Below, in pieces: positions 57,362 through 64,000 of a DNA stretch of 64,000 nucleotides (positions within the stretch are counted from its first letter, which is position 1; each line of letters begins with the position of its first letter). Made by a program: the position numbers and the translations under genes. The notes under the pieces are model-generated. The model was not told the origin of the DNA and searched no databases. It saw nothing but the letters and a program-made list of their open reading frames with translations. Source of the DNA: Coleofasciculus chthonoplastes F2-STO-03 (GTDB lineage Bacteria > Cyanobacteriota > Cyanobacteriia > Cyanobacteriales > Coleofasciculaceae); assembly GCA_040222015.1 (NCBI GenBank), contig JAVJWO010000130.1, forward strand, positions 1 to 64,000, given 5' to 3'.

Positions 57362-58936
57362 CTACAGTCTCAAGAGACTCACATTGTCTCCATAATACTT
57401 GTCAATTAATTTCAGAATATCCTGATAATCAAAGTCATTCGCGAGTTCCAACACCTGGGTAACAAAGGCAAGATAGTCAGAATTTAATTGTTGAAGTCGC
57501 AAAATTTGCTGCTGCACATTTTGAACGTCACCCATTTGAGCAGCTTCATACAGCAGTAGTAGTTCTGCTAGCGGCGGTACTACTACTTCAGTTTCTGGGG
57601 ATAAAGTGTTGATGATTTGATCCGACTCATCCCCAAGTTCCTGAGATAGAGTTTGGCTCTGACTATCATCAATTTCATTAAAATCTGCCCAGGATAAAGG
57701 CGTATACACATCCAAGTCAAACCAAAATTTGCTGCCTAGGTTGGGACAACTTTCCAGAAAAATTTCACTCCCCATAAGAGCCAGGATTTTTTGGCTAATA
57801 GTCAGTCCTAATCCCGTTCCTTCTGGGCTATGGGAACGCTCCATCACTTGCTCAAATGGCAAGAAAATGTTTTCCCATTTTTCTGGAATAATTCCTATCC
57901 CTGTATCTTCGATTTCAAAGCGGATATTGGCAAAGATTTTTTTGGCTTTACCTGTTAGCTTAGATGAAATTAATTTATGTTCATTCGATTCATAACTGCA
58001 ACTCCTGACGCTCACTTTTAAAGTAACACTACCTTGACAAGTAAATTTAATTGCATTAGAAAGCAAATTAATTAAAACTTGGCGCAGTCGTTTTTCATCA
58101 ATATATATCTCTGGAGGCAGTGAAGTGAGCTTAAAATAGACAAATTGAAGCTTTTTCTCTTGAGCTTTAAATTTAAATAGTTCTACCAAGTTATTTAAAA
58201 ATAAATAAAAATCAATATAGTCAGGAAAAAGTTCCAGTTTTTGAGCTTCAATTTTAGACAAATCTAAAATATCATTAATCAGCATAAGTAGATGACTACC
58301 GCACTGATAAATAACGCTAAGTCCCTTGTGTTGCAAAGGAGTGCAATCGATATCTTTTTGCAGCAGTTGAGCGTAACCCAAAATTCCTGTGAGGGGAGAA
58401 CGGAGTTCATGACTCATGTTAGCTATAAACACACTTTTGGCCCGGTTGGCGGCTTCAGCTTGCTCAACGGCTTGGTGCAAAGCGGCTTCAGTTTGCTGGC
58501 GAATCTGAATCTCTTCCAAAAGCTGTGCATTTTGCACAACGAGTTGCTGAGAAAGTCTCTGAAGGCGCAATTGATTCTCGACTCGCGCCACGACTTCTGG
58601 GGCTTGAAAGGGTTTAGTAATGTAGTCCACACCGCCAACGGCAAAGGCTTTGAGTTTATCAGCCGTTTCATTTAAGGCACTTAAAAATATGATGGGAATT
58701 GAACAAGTGGTGGTGTCTTCTTTAAGAATCGAGCAGACTGTATAGCCATCCATCTGTGGCATTTTAATGTCGAGGAGAATTAAGTTAGGCGGGTGAGAAC
58801 GAACTGTTTCTAATGCCACCTGTCCACTAATGGCTTTTCTAACTTTATAACCCTCTAACCTAAGAATTGCCGCCAAGGAGCGCAGGTTATCTATATTGTC
58901 ATCTACGATTAAAAGACTCGTTTGCTTGTTTACCAT
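57362..58936 (-). CDS. Hybrid histidine kinase (REC-HisKA-HATPase)
   Basis: LIVDD, LLDIKMP.MDG, NMSHELRSPL, NLLSNAIKFT, DTGIGI, GTGLGL. Confidence 0.93.
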   Translation of the reverse strand: MVNKQTSLLIVDDNIDNLRSLAAILRLEGYKVRKAISGQVALETVRSHPPNLILLDIKMPQMDGYTVCSILKEDTTTCSIPIIFLSALNETADKLKAFAVGGVDYITKPFQAPEVVARVENQLRLQRLSQQLVVQNAQLLEEIQIRQQTEAALHQAVEQAEAANRAKSVFIANMSHELRSPLTGILGYAQLLQKDIDCTPLQHKGLSVIYQCGSHLLMLINDILDLSKIEAQKLELFPDYIDFYLFLNNLVELFKFKAQEKKLQFVYFKLTSLPPEIYIDEKRLRQVLINLLSNAIKFTCQGSVTLKVSVRSCSYESNEHKLISSKLTGKAKKIFANIRFEIEDTGIGIIPEKWENIFLPFEQVMERSHSPEGTGLGLTISQKILALMGSEIFLESCPNLGSKFWFDLDVYTPLSWADFNEIDDSQSQTLSQELGDESDQIINTLSPETEVVVPPLAELLLLYEAAQMGDVQNVQQQILRLQQLNSDYLAFVTQVLELANDFDYQDILKLIDKYYGDNVSLLRL

Positions 58937-58959
58937 AACTACCCTTTGCTCTCGTCAAT

Positions 58960-60477
58960 TTAATTTGAAATATTGCAGTATAAATTTACAGGAATTGAGT
59001 ATTCCGCTACCGTCTGATTTCTGCCTCCTGCTTTAGCTCGATACAGTGCCTGATCTGCCTGATTAATTAACGCTTCCACGTTCACTAAAGGATTAGGAAT
59101 TAGACTGGACACGCCTAAACTTAATGTGACATATTTACTGCTCTCTGAACCGCGATGGGGAATCTTGAGAGTTTCCACGCCTTGGCGGATAGTTTCGGCA
59201 ACATGAATCGCGCCTTTGGCATCAGTATTGGGTAAAATGACGGCAAATTCTTCACCGCCATAGCGGGCGACTAAATCGGCGGGACGTTTAACTAAGAGGC
59301 GGATTTTAGTGGCTACGTTTCGCAGACAATCATCGCCGGCTTGATGTCCATAGGTATCGTTATAACGCTTAAAAAAATCAATATCTGCTAAAATTAAGGA
59401 AAGGGGAAGTTGCTCTCGAAATAGTCGTTGCCATTCTCGATGAATGTATTGGTCAAATTTGCGGCGATTGGCGATTCCGGTTAAGCCATCAATAGTCACT
59501 AAATATTTGAGTTTCTGATTGGCTTCAAATAAAGCCGTTTCGACTTTAATCCGCTGCATCAATGTGCCTAACTGAGCCGCGATTAGCTGGATAAAGTCGA
59601 TTAATCTCGGTTCGGATTCACTTCTGGCTTGTTTGAAAAAGACTAAAATGGCTAAGACGCGATCGCGAAACAGAATTGGTACGCCGACACCCGTTTTTAG
59701 GTCAAGATTTAACCCCCCTTCAGCACAAAGACAACAGCAAGCCGATTCTGCCGAAATCTCGGTGATCCATTCCGGCTTTTGCGATACCCACACTCGCCCC
59801 GGTAGTCCAATATTCGGCGCAAAGGTAGTAGTTTTTCGATGATATCTAAATAAGTCAAAGGTGGGATCTCGACTATACCATCCCCGACTACAGTCCAGGA
59901 GAGTTTCTTTCGGATTAGGAATCCACGCTTCGGCAAAATCCCAATCAATAGTTTGACAAATTTTTGTTAATGTGATAGTCAGGGCAGACTGAAAATCATC
60001 GGTTTGGCTAATCCGGTGAGTCAGCGTTAATAAAAGCTGTAATTGGGCATTTTGGTCTTGAAGTTGCTTCTTTTGGGCGAGGAGTTCTTGGCGTTGATGT
60101 GCAATCATCAGATTATTTTTAACGCGGATTAATACCTCTTGCGCCTGAAAGGGTTTTACAATATAATCTGACCCACCCACATTAAAGGCTTTCACCTTAT
60201 CTTCTACGTCATCTAAGGCACTCAAAAAGATAACGGGAATCCTTTGAGTAGCGGCGTTGGCTTTTAGAGTTGAGCAAACGGTATAGCCATCCATTTGCTG
60301 CATTTTGACATCGAGGAGAATTAAGTCCGGCGGGTAGGAACGAATGGTTTCTAACGCCATCTTGCCACTAATAGCTTTTCTCACTTTATACCCAGCACTG
60401 ATGAGGATGGCAGCCAGCGATCGCAGATTATCAGGATGGTCATCTACAATTAAGATATTTGCTTTAACATCTAACAT
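58960..60477 (-). CDS. REC-GAF-GGDEF diguanylate cyclase
   Basis: N-terminal REC, GAF, DGLTGIANRR, RPAD I-site, RYGGEEF. Confidence 0.93.
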   Translation of the reverse strand: MLDVKANILIVDDHPDNLRSLAAILISAGYKVRKAISGKMALETIRSYPPDLILLDVKMQQMDGYTVCSTLKANAATQRIPVIFLSALDDVEDKVKAFNVGGSDYIVKPFQAQEVLIRVKNNLMIAHQRQELLAQKKQLQDQNAQLQLLLTLTHRISQTDDFQSALTITLTKICQTIDWDFAEAWIPNPKETLLDCSRGWYSRDPTFDLFRYHRKTTTFAPNIGLPGRVWVSQKPEWITEISAESACCCLCAEGGLNLDLKTGVGVPILFRDRVLAILVFFKQARSESEPRLIDFIQLIAAQLGTLMQRIKVETALFEANQKLKYLVTIDGLTGIANRRKFDQYIHREWQRLFREQLPLSLILADIDFFKRYNDTYGHQAGDDCLRNVATKIRLLVKRPADLVARYGGEEFAVILPNTDAKGAIHVAETIRQGVETLKIPHRGSESSKYVTLSLGVSSLIPNPLVNVEALINQADQALYRAKAGGRNQTVAEYSIPVNLYCNISN

Positions 60478-60511
60478 CGCTGCCCTCCTCGGTTATAAGT
60501 AATAAGTCTAT

Positions 60512-60672
60512 TGTAGAGCCAGGTTGAGCAACTGTAGGGGCGGGTTGAACAACTGTAGGGGCGAGTTGAGCAACTGTAGGGGCGGGTTGAACAACTGTAG
60601 GGGCGGGTTGAACAACTGTAGGGGCGGGTTGAACAACTGTAGGGGCGGGTTGAACAACTGTAGGGGCGGGTT
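60512..60672. repeat. 21-bp tandem repeat (TGTAGGGGCGGGTTGAACAAC), about 7-8 copies
   Basis: Units start at 60512 (degenerate), 60533, 60554, 60575, 60596, 60617, 60638 and 60659 (partial). Confidence 0.93.
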
Positions 60673-60691
60673 TAGGAACTCAAATCAGCTA

Positions 60692-60836
60692 GTCAGAAAT
60701 AACGAAAAAACAAAACCCGCCCTTGTCAGAAATAACGAAAAAACAAAACCCGCCCTTGTCAGAAATAACGAAAAAACAAAACCCGCCCTTGTCAGAAATA
60801 ACGAAAAAACAAAACCCGCCCTTGTCAGAAATAACG
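60692..60836. repeat. 33-bp tandem repeat (GTCAGAAATAACGAAAAAACAAAACCCGCCCTT), 4 copies plus a partial copy
   Basis: Identical units at 60692, 60725, 60758 and 60791; partial unit at 60824. Confidence 0.93.
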
Positions 60837-60839
60837 GAA

Positions 60840-63800
60840 CTACTTATCTGAATTAATGACAGCTTGAGCTAGCTGAATAATTGGATAAAACTGGAAATTG
60901 TGAGCCAGATGGCTTAGAGTTGTGATTAGAAGCATTTCCTCTGGCGGAATTTGTTCAATCAGCGAAAAGATTTCCTCATCATCACAAAGCTGTGCCGCTT
61001 CAGAGAGCATTTCAATCCAGGATAGGGGCATCACCGATAAACATTCAGGAGTTAACTGATTGACGTTAACAGATGTCTCTAGTTGAGTATTTCTGGATAA
61101 GTTTGGGAGATCATCTGCATAAACATAGCGCACTCCTAAATATTCTTCCATCTTGGCAAACAACGCTTCCACTTGAAAAGGTTTTGTAACATAATCATTA
61201 CAACCCGCTTGTAGTGCCGAGGCGCGATCGCTATCGGAAGCATAAGCCGTTAACGCGATAATAATTGGGGTTTGACTGTCTGATTGGCAACGAATCTGTT
61301 GCGTCGCCTGATAACCATCCATGATAGGCATACGCATATCCATCCAAATCAGATGGGGTTGCCACTGTTGCCACAATGTCAGGGCTTCCTGTCCATTTTC
61401 CGCCTCGCGCACCTCTAACCCTGGAAAGGTTAACAGCTTAACTAAAATTTGGCGGTTTTCGGGTTTATCGTCAGCAACAATAATCCGGTAGGAGGGTTGA
61501 TCGGGAACTAATCCAATAACTCGGCGGTGAGTATGAACAAGTTCCATATCGGATGTATCAGCCAAGTAAACCGGAATCTCAAAGCTGAACGTGCTACCTT
61601 GATTCAGTTGGCTACTCACCTGAATATCACCACCCATTAATTGGACAAACTTACTGCTAATTGCTAACCCTAAACCCGTCCCTTCATTTGCCACCTTCCC
61701 AGCGTTAGTTTGGATAAAAGCATCAAATATACTCCCTAATTCCGTTGGCGCAATTCCCACGCCTGTGTCGGAAATCTCGAAACGGAGATGGAGAGATGGG
61801 GAAGATGGGGAAGATGGGGAAGCTGGGGAAGCTGGGGGAGCTGGGGGAGCTGGGGGAGCTGGGGAAGATGGGGAAGATGGGGAAGTCAAAAGTGCTACAC
61901 GTAAAGTAATACTACCCTGTGGCGTGAATTTAATCGCATTACTGAGCAGATTAATCAGAACTTGGCGCAATTTGTTGCTATCTGCCTGAATATAGTGAGG
62001 AACATCAGCCGCAATATTTAAGTGAAGCTGCAACCCTTTAGCCCGTGCTTTGTGTTGAAACATCTCTTGGAGCGATCGCATCAATACAATTAGGTCAAAA
62101 CGGCTCTCTTCTACGCTAATACATCCGGCTTCGATTTTCGATAAATCCAGGACATCATTAATCAAACTGAGTAAATGATTGCCACTCTTATTAATAATGT
62201 CTAAATTTTCTTGTTCCTCTGGAGTAATCGCTGGATCACGACTCATCACCTGGGTAAACCCCAAAATAATATTCAGCGGAGTACGCAATTCATGGCTCAT
62301 ATTCGCTAGGAACATACTTTTTGCCTGATTCGCGGCTTCGGCGTCGGCTTTCGCCTGTTGTAGGGATAAATCTGCCTGTTTGCGTTTAGTAATATCTCGT
62401 AAGGCAATCACATAAGCCGATTTTGAGAACCATTGAATCGGAGTTGCCTTCATTTCTGCCGTTCGCCCTATCCCACTCGATTGCATCAACTCGATTTCTG
62501 TGGTTTCTCCTAAAGGCATTCCCCACTGATAGTTCAGTAATGCGTCTGGGGTCATATCAAAAAGCTGGGCGGCGGCGGGGTTGGCAAAACAAACCTGACC
62601 CTGGCGATCGACGATCATGATTCCGTCGCAGGTAGCAGTAATGATGGTTTTGAGTCGGGTTTCACTTTGCTGGAGTTTTTCCTCAATTTGTTGGCGTTCG
62701 GTAATGTCCTGCACAAACGCGGTGAACATGACCTGATTATCCAGAATTAACTTGGAAATAGAGGCTTCCGCTGGAAATTCTGTGCCGTCTTTGCGGCGAG
62801 CAAAAATAGCTTGGCGTTCTCCCATACGCCTTGCTTTTCCCTGAGAATGGCTGAAGGTTTTAATATGTTGGTGGTGAGCAAGGGTGTAGCGATTGGGTAA
62901 CAGTAAATCTAGGGGTTGACCTAACACTTCACTCACCCTATAGCCAAACATCTTTTCTGCCCCTTGATTAAATAAAATAATCCGTTGGTTAGCATCAACA
63001 GAAATAATCCCATCACTGGCAATTTCCAGAATGCCCGCAAATCGAGCCTGGGACGCCCGAAGCTCCTGTTCGGCTTGGTGACGAATTTGCAGTTCCTGTT
63101 GCAGCGCTTCTGTACGTTCTGTTACCCGAACTTCTAGGGTGGCTTTTGCCTGTTGCAGAGCGAGTTCGGCTTGCTTACGCAGCGTCACATCTAGGGCGGT
63201 GCTAATCACCATGCGCCGCCCATCACTCAGCTTACCCAAGGGGGCGGAATAGAAATCCCAGATGCGAGTGGAGCCATTACGAGTGATAATGGTATATTCG
63301 CCTTCGCCAATGGGTTGATTGAGTTGATATAACTGATCAATCGTTGCCCGAACCAACGCTTGGCGAGTACCGTAGGCTTTTTGGGTCCAATCTGCGATCG
63401 CGCGAATGTCTTGCTCAGTGTAACCCGTGAGTTCTGTCCACGCTTGGTTAATCTGCAAAACTTCGCCATCTTCAGCATGGAGCATAATCGGCATGGGTGA
63501 ATAGAGGACTGCACGACGAAAGCGTTCCTGGCTCTCTTGCAGCGATTGTTCTGACTGTTTACGAGAGGTAATATCCGTCAGCGTCACCACACACCCTTGG
63601 ATATGGTTTTTGGAGTTCAACAACGCCCGCCCACTCAGGAGTAAATGGAATTCTTGCCCATCCTCTCGCCCAAAAACGACTTCAACCCCTTGGAAGGTTT
63701 CCCCATTCAGAATTGTGGCAATGGAAAAGGGGTGTCCTGAGGTTGGGGATGGTGAGGAGATTGTATGATTATCTTCCCGAATAGTAGATAAGCCAAACAT

Positions 63801-64000
63801 CAGCGGAAAAACCTGATCAAATGGCTGAAGTATGGGATTTTTACCACAAATTTCCTGGGTAGCCATACTGGTGCGGATAATAGTTCCCCTTTGATCACAG
63901 ACTACAATCGCGTCAGCCACTTGCTCGAAAATAGAACGCGCCAGCTTTTCATCGGCGACTATTTTTTTTTGTCGTTTATTTTCAGTTAAATCCGTGACAA
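60840..64000 (-). CDS. Multi-PAS hybrid histidine kinase (PAS repeats-HisKA-HATPase-REC), 5' end outside the window
   Basis: PAS/PAC motifs, NMSHELRTPL, NLLSNAIKFT, GTGLGL, REC WMDMRMP; the frame stays open from 63920 to the window edge. Confidence 0.93.
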   Translation of the reverse strand, partial: VTDLTENKRQKKIVADEKLARSIFEQVADAIVVCDQRGTIIRTSMATQEICGKNPILQPFDQVFPLMFGLSTIREDNHTISSPSPTSGHPFSIATILNGETFQGVEVVFGREDGQEFHLLLSGRALLNSKNHIQGCVVTLTDITSRKQSEQSLQESQERFRRAVLYSPMPIMLHAEDGEVLQINQAWTELTGYTEQDIRAIADWTQKAYGTRQALVRATIDQLYQLNQPIGEGEYTIITRNGSTRIWDFYSAPLGKLSDGRRMVISTALDVTLRKQAELALQQAKATLEVRVTERTEALQQELQIRHQAEQELRASQARFAGILEIASDGIISVDANQRIILFNQGAEKMFGYRVSEVLGQPLDLLLPNRYTLAHHQHIKTFSHSQGKARRMGERQAIFARRKDGTEFPAEASISKLILDNQVMFTAFVQDITERQQIEEKLQQSETRLKTIITATCDGIMIVDRQGQVCFANPAAAQLFDMTPDALLNYQWGMPLGETTEIELMQSSGIGRTAEMKATPIQWFSKSAYVIALRDITKRKQADLSLQQAKADAEAANQAKSMFLANMSHELRTPLNIILGFTQVMSRDPAITPEEQENLDIINKSGNHLLSLINDVLDLSKIEAGCISVEESRFDLIVLMRSLQEMFQHKARAKGLQLHLNIAADVPHYIQADSNKLRQVLINLLSNAIKFTPQGSITLRVALLTSPSSPSSPAPPAPPAPPASPASPSSPSSPSLHLRFEISDTGVGIAPTELGSIFDAFIQTNAGKVANEGTGLGLAISSKFVQLMGGDIQVSSQLNQGSTFSFEIPVYLADTSDMELVHTHRRVIGLVPDQPSYRIIVADDKPENRQILVKLLTFPGLEVREAENGQEALTLWQQWQPHLIWMDMRMPIMDGYQATQQIRCQSDSQTPIIIALTAYASDSDRASALQAGCNDYVTKPFQVEALFAKMEEYLGVRYVYADDLPNLSRNTQLETSVNVNQLTPECLSVMPLSWIEMLSEAAQLCDDEEIFSLIEQIPPEEMLLITTLSHLAHNFQFYPIIQLAQAVINSDK
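61790..61885. repeat. In-frame 9-bp tandem repeat inside the HATPase domain
   Basis: GAAGATGGG/GAAGCTGGG/GGAGCTGGG units encoding SPSSPSSPAPPAPPAPPASPASPSSPSSPS. Confidence 0.88.

Noticed and set aside
60512..60836. CRISPR array, or the 110-aa ORF 60524-60856
   Set aside because: No spacers; the ORF is only the translation of 21-bp and 33-bp tandem repeats and lies antisense to the operon
1..64000. Frequent GCGATCGC as a novel motif; tRNA or rRNA genes
   Set aside because: GCGATCGC is the well-known cyanobacterial HIP1; no tRNA or rRNA sequence was recognised by eye

Overview
Chromosomal window from a filamentous cyanobacterium. Evidence: abundant HIP1 GCGATCGC octamers, heptamer STRR arrays, GTAG-type small dispersed palindromes, and chlG, psbQ, petP, hetZ and patU. 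The gene content is compatible with a non-heterocystous marine or mat-forming Oscillatoriales such as Coleofasciculus, but that is inference. Most of the window is core genome: hetZ-patU, rsbU-like phosphatase, argH, petP, arsA-like, chlG, purC-bamA-lpxC-fabZ-lpxA-lpxB, a split GDT1 pair, treZ-treY, psbQ, hemB, a flavodiiron gene with a PsiE-like neighbour, an MFS transporter, a GpgP/MPGP-like phosphatase and a three-gene two-component/c-di-GMP cluster that runs off the right edge. The most interesting non-core items are: (i) a two-gene module of membrane-linked STAND-like ATPases, one fused to a CHASE2 sensor, bracketed by repeat mosaics; (ii) an AT-rich accessory block after the thiO-like gene, bounded by a diverged duplicate of that gene's 3' end, with a truncated gene, a non-canonical UPRTase-like protein, an orphan ParA plus partner and a Panacea/SocA toxin-antitoxin pair; (iii) an unannotated Yfr2-type sRNA and a Yfr1-type target site in the bamA leader; (iv) a frameshifted BON-domain remnant; (v) many MITEs and REP-like elements, some amplified in tandem or inserted in frame in genes. 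All family calls come from reading motifs by eye; no database searches were run.
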